This document shows positions 28,802 to 39,795 of a stretch of 64,000 bases of DNA, piece by piece. Both the position numbers and the translations under genes were made by a program. The stretch covers positions 96,001-160,000 of the forward strand of contig JAHHIM010000003.1 in NCBI GenBank assembly GCA_019358915.1, written 5' to 3'. The notes beneath the pieces are model-generated. The model had not been told where the DNA came from. It ran no database searches and worked only from the letters and a program-made list of their open reading frames with translations. This DNA comes from Trichormus sp. ATA11-4-KO1 (GTDB lineage: Bacteria > Cyanobacteriota > Cyanobacteriia > Cyanobacteriales > Nostocaceae). Positions within the stretch are counted from its first letter, which is position 1. The number at the start of each line of letters is the position of its first letter.

Positions 28802-28987
28802 ATGTACCCAAAAATACCAACTCCCAAGCAAACCTTTGAATTTTTCTTAGTTTGCGTCAGATTAAGTAATGTACTTCAACCAATTAACGTGGTCAGGCTA
28901 GATGAGAGAACAAATCAAATCTATGTCTTAGCTGGCGAGGGGACAGAAATACTGATTTACCCAAATGGTAAAGTGAGGTTTTTATGA
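28802..28987 (+). CDS. small protein, DUF6888-like
   Basis: PTPKQ..LSN..QPI..VRLDERT.QIYVLAG...IYPNG. Confidence 0.65.
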   Translation: MYPKIPTPKQTFEFFLVCVRLSNVLQPINVVRLDERTNQIYVLAGEGTEILIYPNGKVRFL

Positions 28988-29178
28988 CCGAGATCAATTT
29001 TGCCGCAATGAACAGAGAGCAACTCAGAGAATATGTGAAAACACATCCGCAAGACCAAGCTGCATTCTATGCATACATGGACAGACTGCAAAGCGAACCG
29101 GGAATTGAGATAACTTCAATGGATCAATTTGAGCGACTGGTTAGAGAAAAAATTAGACAATCCCCAGCAGAGGAATAA
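28984..29178 (+). CDS. small protein, DUF6887-like
   Basis: NF.AMNREQLREYV..H.QD.AAF.AYMDRL; ATGA overlap and GAGG RBS. Confidence 0.7.
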   Translation: MTEINFAAMNREQLREYVKTHPQDQAAFYAYMDRLQSEPGIEITSMDQFERLVREKIRQSPAEE

Positions 29179-29192
29179 CCCAAAATTAGAAT

Positions 29193-30047
29193 ATGACGAA
29201 TCCAACTGCAACTTTGCTCATTTCCTGCCCTGACCAAAGAGGATTAGTAGCAAAATTTGCCAATTTTATTTATGCTAATGGTGGTAATATTATTCATGCA
29301 GACCAGCATACAGATTTTGCTGCTGAATTATTTCTTACCCGGATTGAATGGCAGTTAGATGGATTTAATTTGCCACGAGAATTTATTGCTCCGGCATTTA
29401 ATGCGATCGCTGGGCCTTTGAATGCTAAGTGGGAACTACACTTTTCTGATACCATTCCGCGCATTGCTATTTGGGTTAGTCGTCAAGACCATTGTTTATT
29501 TGATTTAATTTGGCGACAACGTGCTAAAGAGTTTGCAGCAGAAATTCCCCTAATTATCAGTAACCATCCTCATTTACAGGTAGTAGCAGAGCAATTTGGC
29601 ATTGATTTCCACCATATTCCGATTACTAAAGATAACAAAACTGAACAGGAAGCCCAACAATTAGAATTACTGCGACAATACAAGATTGATTTGGTAGTTT
29701 TGGCAAAATATATGCAAGTTGTTAGTGCAGATTTTATTACCCAATTCCCGCAAATTATTAATATTCATCATTCATTTTTGCCAGCGTTTGTCGGAGCAAA
29801 TCCCTACCATCGAGCATTTGAACGTGGTGTGAAAATTATTGGAGCAACGGCTCATTACGCCACTGCTGACTTAGATGCAGGGCCGATTATTGAACAAGAT
29901 GTGGTGAGAGTTAGTCACCGGGATGAAGTTGATGATTTAATTAGAAAAGGTAAAGATTTAGAGCGGGTGGTATTAGCAAGAGCAGTGCGTTTACACTTGC
30001 AAAATCGTGTTTTGATATATGCAAATCGGACAGTAGTATTTGGGTAA
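29193..30047 (+). CDS. purU: formyltetrahydrofolate deformylase
   Basis: ACT domain CPDQRGLVA; VLAKYMQ, INIHHSFLP, GATAHY, LDAGPIIEQ. Confidence 0.97.
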   Translation: MTNPTATLLISCPDQRGLVAKFANFIYANGGNIIHADQHTDFAAELFLTRIEWQLDGFNLPREFIAPAFNAIAGPLNAKWELHFSDTIPRIAIWVSRQDHCLFDLIWRQRAKEFAAEIPLIISNHPHLQVVAEQFGIDFHHIPITKDNKTEQEAQQLELLRQYKIDLVVLAKYMQVVSADFITQFPQIINIHHSFLPAFVGANPYHRAFERGVKIIGATAHYATADLDAGPIIEQDVVRVSHRDEVDDLIRKGKDLERVVLARAVRLHLQNRVLIYANRTVVFG

Positions 30048-30055
30048 TTGCAAAT

Positions 30056-30445
30056 TTAATAAGATTTACCATCACTACCAAAATATTCCCGATAGCTACA
30101 AATTTTATCTCCACGCACATCAAAAGAAACTGCTACTCTATTTTTGTAAGGCTGTCCTAATAAACACCCCTCATCCCGAAACTCAAAAACAACTGTGGTC
30201 TCATTGCTGGTAATACGGTCTAAGGAAGTTAGTTGTAGTCCTGGATTGAAGGATGCAGATACATAATTAAAAAATTCTTTAGCTCTTTCTTTTCCCTCAT
30301 TCAATCCGTGGAATTTTCCCATAGGAAACCAAAAGGTAAAATCTTCTGTGAGCATATCAAGAAATGCTTCCCATTCCCCTGTAGCTAAACCGTGTGTAAA
30401 TTTATCAAATGCCTCTTGAGCGATTTTTAAAGTGTTTTCTAGCAT
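30056..30445 (-). CDS. SnoaL/NTF2-like protein
   Basis: FLDMLTEDFTFWFP, VVFEFRDEG, KICSYREYFG. Confidence 0.85.
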   Translation of the reverse strand: MLENTLKIAQEAFDKFTHGLATGEWEAFLDMLTEDFTFWFPMGKFHGLNEGKERAKEFFNYVSASFNPGLQLTSLDRITSNETTVVFEFRDEGCLLGQPYKNRVAVSFDVRGDKICSYREYFGSDGKSY

Positions 30446-30499
30446 TTTTACTACTCTTTAGTATCTAATAGGACTTACGCAACTGGCACAACATTTTAG

Positions 30500-30949
30500 T
30501 TTGCCAATAAGATAGGCTTTCCCGCACACGGTTTAGTAGTCATGTTTAGTGAATCTCCTCAATGTAGTCAGCAAGTTATTAAAGGGATTATTACAGCAGA
30601 AAAACTTGTAGAAGCTGTAAATTTCGTGCTGGAAAATTCGCCGACAGGTAAAGCGCATCTGGAAACAGATATGCGGGCAATGTATAATCCTACACGTATG
30701 AATAATATTGCCAAAGCTACTCAAGATTTGGTCAGAAAAATTAAAAGTCTTTGTCCAAAATGTTCTACGCCTGGTTTTGAAATTAGACAAAGAATTCCGG
30801 GGTTACCTCGTGCAATATGTTACATGCCAACTTCTTTGACGCTGACCGTGATTTATCAATGTCAAAAATGCGGTTTTAGTCAAGAAAGACCATTTCCCCA
30901 TGACAGTAAATATGCCGACCCAGCACAATGTATGTATTGTAATCCATAG
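30500..30949 (+). pseudogene. 5'-truncated DUF6671-like gene
   Basis: FANKIGFPAHGLV, ETDMRAMYNPTRM, CPKC..PGF, ADPAQCMYCNP; only the C-terminal part is present, and a Cys pair reads PRAIC. Confidence 0.6.
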
Positions 30950-31128
30950 ATTTGATGGGCGTTGTGCAAAATCAATGCAAGATTTAATGATAAAAATAGA
31001 TAAATATGATAATTATTTAGTTTTAAATAACTAATGAGTTTCTTAAAGAATTGACATTTTACAAACCTAGTGCAATTGGATAAACATAAGAGTTAAGAAT
31101 ACTCAAAGATGTTTGGAGGTAGCAATGT

Positions 31129-32844
31129 ATGGTTGCACTCACTACTCAACAGCAAGGTCGCTTGACCATGCAAACAGTCGAGATTGGCGCTCAAACCACA
31201 GCTATTCGCTCTCTTGACTGGGATCGCGATCGCTTTGATATTGAGTTCGAGTTGCACAACGGTACAACCTATAACTCGTTTCTGATTCAAGGTGAAAAAA
31301 TAGCCCTGATTGACACCTCTCACCGCAAGTTCCAGCAGTTGTATTTGGATATATTGACAGGGTTAATTGATTTCTCAACCCTGGACTATTTGATTATTAG
31401 CCATACCGAACCAGATCACAGTGGTTTGGTTAAGGAAGTATTGCAGTTAGCTCCCCAAGTAACGGTAGTTGGGGCTAAAGTTGCCATCCAGTTTCTGCAA
31501 AATATGGTGCATCAGCCATTCTCATCCCTGATTGTCAAAAATGGCGATCGCTTGGATTTAGGTAATGGACATGAGTTGGAATTCGTTTCTGCTCCCAATT
31601 TGCACTGGCCAGATACTATTTTCACCTACGATATCAAAACTCGTATCCTGTTTACCTGTGATGCCTTCGGGATGCACTACTGTGATGACCACACATTTGA
31701 TGAAGATCCAGAACTAATAGCAGCAGATTTTCAATATTACTACAACTGTCTCATGGCTCCAAATGCCCGTTCTGTTCTGTCTGCCATTAAGCGGATAGAA
31801 AAATTAGATGTGGAGATGATCGCCACAGGACACGGGCCTTTATTGCAATATTACCTGTCAGACTGGGTGAATCGCTACCAGCAATGGAGTCAGGAACAGG
31901 CAAAAGTAGATACTTTAGTTGCCCTATTTTACTCGGAAGATTACGGTTGGAGCGATCAATTGGCAAGGGCGATCGCCCACGGTATCCAGAGGAATGGCGT
32001 AGCGGTGGAACTGGTAGATTTAAGTACTGCTGAACCCCATGAAGTCCGGGAATTAGTCAACCAAGCCGCAGGTTTAGTCATGGGAATGCCATCCCAATGC
32101 GATCAAAATGCCCATGCGGTTTTAGGTACTATTCTCGCAGCTGCACACAACAAACAAGCCATAGGATTATTTGAAACTGGCGGCGGAGAAGATGAACCAA
32201 TTTATCCTTTACGCAACAAGTTTCAAGAAATTGGACTAACTGAAGCTTTCCCCCCGATTCTGATTAAACAACCACCAACGCAGATCACCGAACAGATATG
32301 TGATGAAGCCGGGACAGATATCGGACAGTGGCTAACTCGCGATCGCACAATCAAGCAAATGAAGTCCCTAGATAATGATTTAGAACGGGCATTGGGACGA
32401 TTGAGCAGTGGACTTTATATTATTACTGCTCGTAAAGGAGACGTAAAGAGTGCCATGTTAGCCTCTTGGGTGACACAAGCAAGCATCAACCCTTTAGGAA
32501 TTGCCATTGCAGTTGCCAAGGATCGAGCCATTGAATCATTACTTCATGTAGGCGATCGCTTTGTTCTCAACGTCTTAGAAGAAGATAATTACCAAAGCTT
32601 GATGAAACACTTCCTCAAGCGTTTCTCTCCTGGTGCAGATCGGTTTGCAGATATCAAAACCTATACTGCTAGCAATGGCTGTCCGATTTTGGTAGATACA
32701 CTGGCATACATGGAATGTGAAGTCACCAGCCGCATGGAGTGCAGCGATCACTGGATTATTTACAGCAGTATACAAACCGGCAGAGTCGCCAAACTAGATG
32801 CCCTCACCGCCATTCACCACCGCAAAGTGGGAAATCATTATTAA
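31129..32844 (+). CDS. flv4: flavodiiron protein Flv4
   Basis: Canonical SHTEPDH, LHWPD, TCDAFG, TGHG; flavin-reductase tail; first gene of the three-gene operon. Confidence 0.88.
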   Translation: MVALTTQQQGRLTMQTVEIGAQTTAIRSLDWDRDRFDIEFELHNGTTYNSFLIQGEKIALIDTSHRKFQQLYLDILTGLIDFSTLDYLIISHTEPDHSGLVKEVLQLAPQVTVVGAKVAIQFLQNMVHQPFSSLIVKNGDRLDLGNGHELEFVSAPNLHWPDTIFTYDIKTRILFTCDAFGMHYCDDHTFDEDPELIAADFQYYYNCLMAPNARSVLSAIKRIEKLDVEMIATGHGPLLQYYLSDWVNRYQQWSQEQAKVDTLVALFYSEDYGWSDQLARAIAHGIQRNGVAVELVDLSTAEPHEVRELVNQAAGLVMGMPSQCDQNAHAVLGTILAAAHNKQAIGLFETGGGEDEPIYPLRNKFQEIGLTEAFPPILIKQPPTQITEQICDEAGTDIGQWLTRDRTIKQMKSLDNDLERALGRLSSGLYIITARKGDVKSAMLASWVTQASINPLGIAIAVAKDRAIESLLHVGDRFVLNVLEEDNYQSLMKHFLKRFSPGADRFADIKTYTASNGCPILVDTLAYMECEVTSRMECSDHWIIYSSIQTGRVAKLDALTAIHHRKVGNHY

Positions 32845-33144
32845 GAAAGGTTACAGGGGACAAGGGGACAAGGAGAGATTACTAATATTAAGTTCTTCTC
32901 CCCATCCCCCTATCCCCAGGGCTGTTTCATTCGCTTGTGTTGGAGATTTGTCAAGAGGATAATCTCACGCAAAGGCGCAAAGACGCAAAGAAAAATCAGG
33001 TATTTCGGACTGAAGATGCCAAAATTTTTGGTCTTAATTGTGGATTTGCCCTTGCAATTTTAACCCTTTTAGGGAACGAATCAGCCCTGCCCCTATCTCC
33101 CCATCCCCCCACTCTCCATTTACTTTCATCAGGGTATTTAAATA

Positions 33145-33675
33145 ATGCTGTTACTCAAAGACGTGCCAGTTAAACCCGTGAAGCGGGAAAGTTGGTTAAA
33201 CCTGGGTCGAATTGTGCAAGCACTGGAATTGATTCAGGACTTGATTGTAATTTCGCTGTGCATCGGGCTATTTAGCTTTATGGTGCTGCAAATCCGCACT
33301 ATGTTTCTCTCTTTGATTCCGCCGGTTCAGTTCCACGTTGTCATGGCAGATATTCTGTCATTGCTGATTTTAGTAGAGTTATTCCGCTTATTGATCATTT
33401 ACTTGCAAGAGCAACGAGTCTCGATTGGTGTTGCTGTAGAAGTTTCGATTGTTTCTGTATTGCGAGAAATGATTGTGCGTGGCGTGCTAGAAACGGCATT
33501 TGTGCAAGTTTTAGCTGCTTGTGCTTTTTTACTGGTTTTAGGCATGTTGATGGTTCTGAGAGTTTGGCTACCGCCAACCTTTGAAGGTATTGATCCGGAA
33601 CACCAAGTCTCAAAGCGGTACAAAAAGCGTTTTGCTCAAGAAATGGCTGAAGTAAATAATCATGCCGATGTATAG
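33145..33675 (+). CDS. Sll0218/PsiE-like membrane protein
   Basis: LILVELFRLLIIYL..VAVEVSIVSVLRE; lies between two flv genes. Confidence 0.85.
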   Translation: MLLLKDVPVKPVKRESWLNLGRIVQALELIQDLIVISLCIGLFSFMVLQIRTMFLSLIPPVQFHVVMADILSLLILVELFRLLIIYLQEQRVSIGVAVEVSIVSVLREMIVRGVLETAFVQVLAACAFLLVLGMLMVLRVWLPPTFEGIDPEHQVSKRYKKRFAQEMAEVNNHADV

Positions 33676-33718
33676 ATAGTTTTTCATCGCTAGTTCTTTA
33701 TTCACCATCAACTAATTT

Positions 33719-35458
33719 ATGTCTCTCCCATCTTCTACCCCGACAAACACACGCCCTCGTGACGTTCAAGTTGCTGAAATTAGTACTAATACCTTAGTTT
33801 TGCGATCGCGGACTTGGGAACGCCTCAAATTTGAGGTTGAATACGCCCAGCAAAAAGGAACAACAGCCAATTCCTATCTCATTCAAAGCGATCGCACTGC
33901 TTTAATTGATCCTCCTGGGGAGTCTTTTACCCAAATTTTTTTGCAAGAATTACAACAACATCTGGATTTAACGCAGTTAAATTACATCATTCTCAATCAC
34001 GTCAATCCCAATCGGATGGCAACTCTGAAATTTCTCCTGGAACAAGCACCCCAAGCCAAAATAATCTGTACCAAACCTGGTGCAAATGCTATGAAAGCGA
34101 ATTTTCCTAACTGGGTGCCAAAAATTCAGCTTGTCCATTCTGGAGATACTCTCGACTTGGGAGCAGGACATCAACTACAATTCGTCACTGTACCAACTCC
34201 CCGTTGGGCAGATGGATTGTGTACTTATGACTCTGCCACTTGTATTCTCTATACTGATAAGTTCTTTGGGGTTCATGTCTGTAGTGATGTTCTCTTTGAT
34301 GAGGACTGGAAGCAACTGGATGAGGATCGGCACTACTATTTTGATTGTCTCCACGCCACCCAGGCAAAACAAGTTGAAGTAGCTTTAGAGAAATTAGCAC
34401 CCTTGAGAACTAAATTCTACGCCCCTGGTCATGGACCGATTATCCGCTATAGCCTCAGTCGCTTTACTTACGATTACCGTCAATGGTGTCAGGAACAAAA
34501 AACCCAACAATTGCGAGTTGCTTTGCTTTATGCTTCTGCTTACGGTAATACAGCCACATTAGCGCAGGCGATCGCCCAAGGTTTAATTCAAAGTGGAGTT
34601 GCTGTCGAATCAATTAACTGTGAACTGGTAGATGCTACCGAGGTTACCCATGCTGTTGAAACTTGCGATGGTTTTATCATTGGTTCTCCGACTTTAGGCG
34701 GTCATGCACCTACCCAAATCCAAACTGCCTTGGGGATTATCCTGTCAACGGCGGCGAAAACTAAGTTAGCTGGAGTTTTTGGTTCCTATGGCTGGAGTGG
34801 TGAAGCCGTTGATCTAATTGAAAGTAAATTGCTGGATGCCAATTTCCGTTTGGGTTTTAACCCTATTCGCGTTCGCTTCAGTCCCACTGAAATTACCTTG
34901 CAACAGTGCCAAGATGCCGGAGCAGAATTCGCCCAAGTCTTAAAAAAGAAGAAAAAACTGCGTGTTCCTCGCCAAGCTTTGACAGCAGCGCAGGTTAACC
35001 GGACAGAACAAGCTGTTGGGCGGATCATCGGTTCTCTGTGCGTTCTGACTGCACGACGGAACGATCATCATAATGGTATTTTGACATCTTGGGTATCCCA
35101 AGCTACCTTCAATCCCCCTGGGTTGATGATGGCCATTGCCCAAGAACAAAATGCTGACCTTCTCATGCATCCAGGCGAGCAATTCGTCCTGAACATCCTC
35201 AAAGAAGGACGCAACCTGCGGCGACATTTCTCCTATCACAGCACGACAGTAAACTCTTTTGCTCAATTAGCGAGTAAAACCACTGACAACGGTTGCTTGA
35301 TTCTCAGCGATGCTCTCGCCTATTTAGAATGTACTGTCCAAAATCGCATGGAATGTGGCGATCGCTGGTTAATTTATGCGACTGTGAACAAAGGAGAAGT
35401 CCTAGAAACTATCGGTGTCACTGCAATCCAGCACCGCAAATCGGGTAGCCACTATTAA
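33719..35458 (+). CDS. flv2: flavodiiron protein Flv2
   Basis: Non-canonical NHVNPNR, PRWAD, TDKFFG; SAYGNT flavodoxin motif; operon order flv4-sll0218-flv2. Confidence 0.88.
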   Translation: MSLPSSTPTNTRPRDVQVAEISTNTLVLRSRTWERLKFEVEYAQQKGTTANSYLIQSDRTALIDPPGESFTQIFLQELQQHLDLTQLNYIILNHVNPNRMATLKFLLEQAPQAKIICTKPGANAMKANFPNWVPKIQLVHSGDTLDLGAGHQLQFVTVPTPRWADGLCTYDSATCILYTDKFFGVHVCSDVLFDEDWKQLDEDRHYYFDCLHATQAKQVEVALEKLAPLRTKFYAPGHGPIIRYSLSRFTYDYRQWCQEQKTQQLRVALLYASAYGNTATLAQAIAQGLIQSGVAVESINCELVDATEVTHAVETCDGFIIGSPTLGGHAPTQIQTALGIILSTAAKTKLAGVFGSYGWSGEAVDLIESKLLDANFRLGFNPIRVRFSPTEITLQQCQDAGAEFAQVLKKKKKLRVPRQALTAAQVNRTEQAVGRIIGSLCVLTARRNDHHNGILTSWVSQATFNPPGLMMAIAQEQNADLLMHPGEQFVLNILKEGRNLRRHFSYHSTTVNSFAQLASKTTDNGCLILSDALAYLECTVQNRMECGDRWLIYATVNKGEVLETIGVTAIQHRKSGSHY

Positions 35459-35508
35459 TCTGAACTTCTTCTATCAGCTGCTAATGCAATCGCTGCTTTT
35501 CTGTTTCG

Positions 35509-36309
35509 TTAGCCGTTGAAAATGATGTCGTACAGTGACAGTAAAATCTCCACCAGAATCAGAATCACCACATACCACTCTACTCGCTGGCTACTGCTAT
35601 GCTGCATAAACTCCAGCACTGTTTGTGCGGTTTGGGAAATTAGCTCTAGTTTGCGTTCCAGGGCATTGTGACGCTCACGGATTTCATATTCATTCTCCAA
35701 ACGCAGATATAAGCTTTCTAACTGGGGGGATTCCCAGAGCAACTCCGGCTTATCAATGATCTCTACTCGACCCACTATTTTATGTTGAACTAACAAAGTA
35801 GTACCGAGTTGACGCAGTAATTCCCGACTTTGACGTCTACTCCTGTTTTCGCGTTGGAGACTAGCTGCAAACGGTTCAATTTGATCAAAGACAGTAGCTA
35901 GGCTAGTTTCATAATGAGACAGTACAGCACTCTTAGCGAGTATATCAGCCACTATTTGTAAGCGTTCAGTACTAAATTCATGCAGCAAAATTTTTCCTTC
36001 CTTGACTCGCTCACGCTGTGCCATGTTAAGCTGTACTTCCACTTCTTCCGTCTCTGGGTTAGCGAAAGATTCCTTAACTTGAGAAGATAGTTCGGTCAAG
36101 AAGGCTACCTTTTCCACAGGCTCAAGGTTAAATAGGACAACTGCACCATAGCTCAGTAGCACCGCACAGCCGTGTTTACCGACTGTAACCATTAGTGGCA
36201 TAGTTGCCAAGCAGTCGTAATTCTCCAATGTCTGTAAGTTAATTTCTTTACCAAGGAATAAGGCTTGCGCTCTAAAGCTATCTCTGTCATTAAAAAGAAG
36301 TTTTTGCAT
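35509..36309 (-). CDS. RMD1/DUF155 family protein
   Basis: YGAVVLFN, LAKS.VL.HYE, DKPELLW, EYEIRER, VEWYVVILI. Confidence 0.88.
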   Translation of the reverse strand: MQKLLFNDRDSFRAQALFLGKEINLQTLENYDCLATMPLMVTVGKHGCAVLLSYGAVVLFNLEPVEKVAFLTELSSQVKESFANPETEEVEVQLNMAQRERVKEGKILLHEFSTERLQIVADILAKSAVLSHYETSLATVFDQIEPFAASLQRENRSRRQSRELLRQLGTTLLVQHKIVGRVEIIDKPELLWESPQLESLYLRLENEYEIRERHNALERKLELISQTAQTVLEFMQHSSSQRVEWYVVILILVEILLSLYDIIFNG

Positions 36310-36453
36310 TGCTGCCCTATGCTATGTTGTGCCTGTTGGTATTTGGGGGTAGCTATAGCAACTAACGCCGTTCGTGCTAGGAAATAAATTAATCACAAAT
36401 AATCTCTCTGCGCCTTTGTGGCAGACTAATTCAAAACTTGCAATCAGCAACGC

Positions 36454-38025
36454 CTAAATCATAAATGGTTCAGGTTGATGATTATACCACTGTTCGCCAA
36501 TGCGTTCAGCTACTAAAGGTTTAACAATAAACTTGAGTGGGCGACCATCTTGAACATCAATCCGTACGCAGGAGTAAGGTAGATGCTTGTGGGAATCGTG
36601 TCCATTGCGACCTACAAACAGCAGGGAATCTGCAACTTTTCGCGTGGGACTACCAGGAATATCAGTGAAAGTTTCCATCAATTCATTTCCCTCTGGACGT
36701 TGACGGCGAGGAAAATGACCACTACCACCAGAAACAATACAGTTGATGTGAGAGTCAGCATATCCTGTATCAACGGTGCATAGATGTTCTAGACAATGGG
36801 CGTGGCCGTTGAATATCAAATCGACTATGGGATGATCTTTAACAAGAGAACCAAGAGTTTTTGCCACTTGTTCCAAAACCCAGCGTAGGCGGTGGCGAAC
36901 TGCTAAGGTTTGTGCTTGATCCCATTTTGTCGCCTCAGTAACGTAGGGGGGATGATGAAAGTAAATAATCCGTCCACGTACCTCTGAAGTATTCCAAGAC
37001 TCAACTAGCCTGTTTCTCAACCAGTCAAGTTGTTCAAAATCGATTATGGCTGTAGCATTAGCTGCCAATTGCTTCTCGATATCAATTTTTACTTCGTTGA
37101 TTTGGTCTAACTTGGCATTGAGATCATCAAGTCGTTCAGCTTCGACGGGTTTATTTGGGTTGAGTTGGTCACATGCTGCCAAAATCTGCATTTCTTCTTG
37201 ATCTATCTCTTGGCGGCGCTTTTGTAAGGCGCGGCGGCTAATTTCCCCCTCTTGCGTTGCCGGTAAAGGTGAAGGTGTATTAAAGGTATTAGAATCTAGG
37301 GCAAAAAAGTCGATACCGCCATAACGAAAAGTATAATAGCGGTTGGGTACACGGGTAAATTCTCCGGGTTGATAACGCAAACAAAGCCCCGCGTCAATTT
37401 TAGCAGTATAGTGCTGATCTAAATGACGTTGTAAATCTTCTGGGGAAGATATTGCAGCCAGATAGTCAAGAAACGCTCGTGCATACGCATCACCTTGATT
37501 TGATCCATGCCAGCCAATCTCAATATCTTTGTAGCGCAGCATCCGCCGTAACCGCAGTGTACTTCCTGTAAACAAACGATACATCAATGGCACGTCATAG
37601 TAATCGTGATTACCTGGAACTGGCAAAAACGGCAGATTAAATACCATGCGGTTATAGGCAATGCGTTCGGGGTAATTGCCACCCTCAAGAAACTCGCGAT
37701 AAGGTTCGATAAAATTTGTTCGATAATACTCACGGGAACCCACCACATAAATCACGTCACCAGTGTGCAAAACAAAACGGCACTCATCTTTGTGGGGAAG
37801 CATCAGTTCCGCAACTTTTCGTTGGGGATGATGTCCATAATGAGATTTTGTGCCAGTATCACCGATGACCATAAAGGAAAATTCCGGACTGTCTTCCTTG
37901 CCATCATCAATTACCATGCTGGTTTGGTCGATTTCCCGCGCCACAATCTGGGGATGAAGCCACCGCACCCGTTCCTTCATCTTTTGGATTTTCACCTGAA
38001 TTGATGGTTCAGAAATTAAATTCAT
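36454..38025 (-). CDS. calcineurin-like metallophosphoesterase
   Basis: GDTG, GDVIY, GNHDY, HHPPY, GHAH. Confidence 0.9.
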   Translation of the reverse strand: MNLISEPSIQVKIQKMKERVRWLHPQIVAREIDQTSMVIDDGKEDSPEFSFMVIGDTGTKSHYGHHPQRKVAELMLPHKDECRFVLHTGDVIYVVGSREYYRTNFIEPYREFLEGGNYPERIAYNRMVFNLPFLPVPGNHDYYDVPLMYRLFTGSTLRLRRMLRYKDIEIGWHGSNQGDAYARAFLDYLAAISSPEDLQRHLDQHYTAKIDAGLCLRYQPGEFTRVPNRYYTFRYGGIDFFALDSNTFNTPSPLPATQEGEISRRALQKRRQEIDQEEMQILAACDQLNPNKPVEAERLDDLNAKLDQINEVKIDIEKQLAANATAIIDFEQLDWLRNRLVESWNTSEVRGRIIYFHHPPYVTEATKWDQAQTLAVRHRLRWVLEQVAKTLGSLVKDHPIVDLIFNGHAHCLEHLCTVDTGYADSHINCIVSGGSGHFPRRQRPEGNELMETFTDIPGSPTRKVADSLLFVGRNGHDSHKHLPYSCVRIDVQDGRPLKFIVKPLVAERIGEQWYNHQPEPFMI

Positions 38026-38136
38026 TAGTTACTACTCCCAAATAAATATTCACCTAGTCCCCAATCCCCGATCGCTTGCGCTGATTTGTTAGTTCGCGTA
38101 AAAATAATAGTTAGGATGGCTTAATTTATCTTAACA

Positions 38137-39396
38137 ATGGCGCTCACACAGCTTCATCAAAATCTTCACCCTCAACAAACACCGCCAGACAAAAGGGGAT
38201 ATGAATATGATTTGGTAATTGTCGGCGGTGGAATTATTGGATTAACTCTAGCCTCTGCTTTGAAAAATTCTGGCTTGAGCATCTTGCTGATTGAGGCAAA
38301 AGTGACATCAGCAGCAGTAGCAAAAGGGCAAGCCTACGCAGTTCATATGCTTTCGGCACTCATTTACCAGGGAATTGGAGTTTGGGAGCAAATATCGCCG
38401 CAAGTCGCCAAATATTGCCAAGTTCGCCTGTCTGATGCCGATCATCCTGATGTCGTGGAATTTGTCACAGATGATATAGGTACACCAGAGTTGGGTTATG
38501 TGGCAGAACACCAAGCACTGTTACAGCCCTTGCAGGAATTTGTGCAAAATTGTCCAAATGTAACGTATCTTTGTCCGGCTGAAGTAATCAAGACACAATA
38601 CCAGCAGGACATAGTATCTATAGATATCAAAATTGCTGACCAGATTCAGACAGTCCGCAGCAAATTACTCGTCGCCGCCGATGGTTCGCGATCGCGTATT
38701 CGTGAAGCCGCAGGAATTAAAACTTTAGGTTGGAAATATTGGCAATCATGCATTGTAGCATTTGTCAAACCAGAAAAACCCCACAATAACACCGCCTACG
38801 AAAGATTTTGGACTAGCGGGCCATTTGCTATTCTACCTCTACCGGGTAACCGTTGCCGGATTGTTTGGACAGCCCCCCACGCAGAGGCTAAAGCTTTGTG
38901 TGCCTTGGATGACGAGCAATTTTTAGCAGAACTCAGCCGTCGCTACGGTGATCACATGGGTAAATTGGAACTGTTAGGCGATCGCTTTATTTTTCCAGTA
39001 CAACTCATGCAAAGCGATCGCTATGTCCTACCTAGATTAGCGTTAATTGGTGATGCTGCTCACAATTGCCATCCCGTTGGCGGACAAGGTTTAAATTTGG
39101 GTATTCGGGATGCAGCTGCTTTGGCACAAGTACTACAAAAAGCACATGCAGCAGGTGAAGACATTGGTAATATTAAAATTCTCAAACGTTATGAACGTTG
39201 GCGCCAGGGAGAAAACTTAACTATTTTAGGATTAACCGATTTGTTAGATCGGATGTTTTCTAATAACTTTTTACCATTGGTAGTAATTCGTCGCCTGGGC
39301 TTATGGATGATGCGGCGAGTACCGATGCTAAAAGTATTTGCGCTCAAATTGATGATTGGTTTGAAAGGGCGTACCCCAGAACTAGCTAGACGGTGA
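38137..39396 (+). CDS. UbiH/UbiF-family FAD-dependent hydroxylase
   Basis: VGGGIIG, AADG..S, GDAAHNCHPVGGQGLNLG. Confidence 0.9.
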   Translation: MALTQLHQNLHPQQTPPDKRGYEYDLVIVGGGIIGLTLASALKNSGLSILLIEAKVTSAAVAKGQAYAVHMLSALIYQGIGVWEQISPQVAKYCQVRLSDADHPDVVEFVTDDIGTPELGYVAEHQALLQPLQEFVQNCPNVTYLCPAEVIKTQYQQDIVSIDIKIADQIQTVRSKLLVAADGSRSRIREAAGIKTLGWKYWQSCIVAFVKPEKPHNNTAYERFWTSGPFAILPLPGNRCRIVWTAPHAEAKALCALDDEQFLAELSRRYGDHMGKLELLGDRFIFPVQLMQSDRYVLPRLALIGDAAHNCHPVGGQGLNLGIRDAAALAQVLQKAHAAGEDIGNIKILKRYERWRQGENLTILGLTDLLDRMFSNNFLPLVVIRRLGLWMMRRVPMLKVFALKLMIGLKGRTPELARR

Positions 39397-39795
39397 GGGA
39401 GTGAAACCAATACCCCATGCCCTTTACCTTACTCAGCACTCTTCTTCTCTCTGCGTTCTCTGCGCCTCTGTGGTTCGTTGAAAAATGACATTTTTGCCAG
39501 GGAATTGGTAAGATATTCAACAATTTTACTTTTTCTCACAACTTGTCAACACCAGGATAGAAAAACTGCTCATACCTACTTGAGTGTATGCAAATTTCAT
39601 TGAGATAATCTAAAAATTTTCACACTCTATACTAAAGATGGATGTCACCAAATTAAAGGCGTGATTTAAAAGTCAGTACTGGCAAAATTCCTTATTCTTC
39701 AAGCAATTTAAAATCTAACCTGAAAAAGTGATTACACTCATGGACAGGAATGCTAGAGTTTCAAGAAATTCATCGGCACCTCTCAGCGAGTATTC

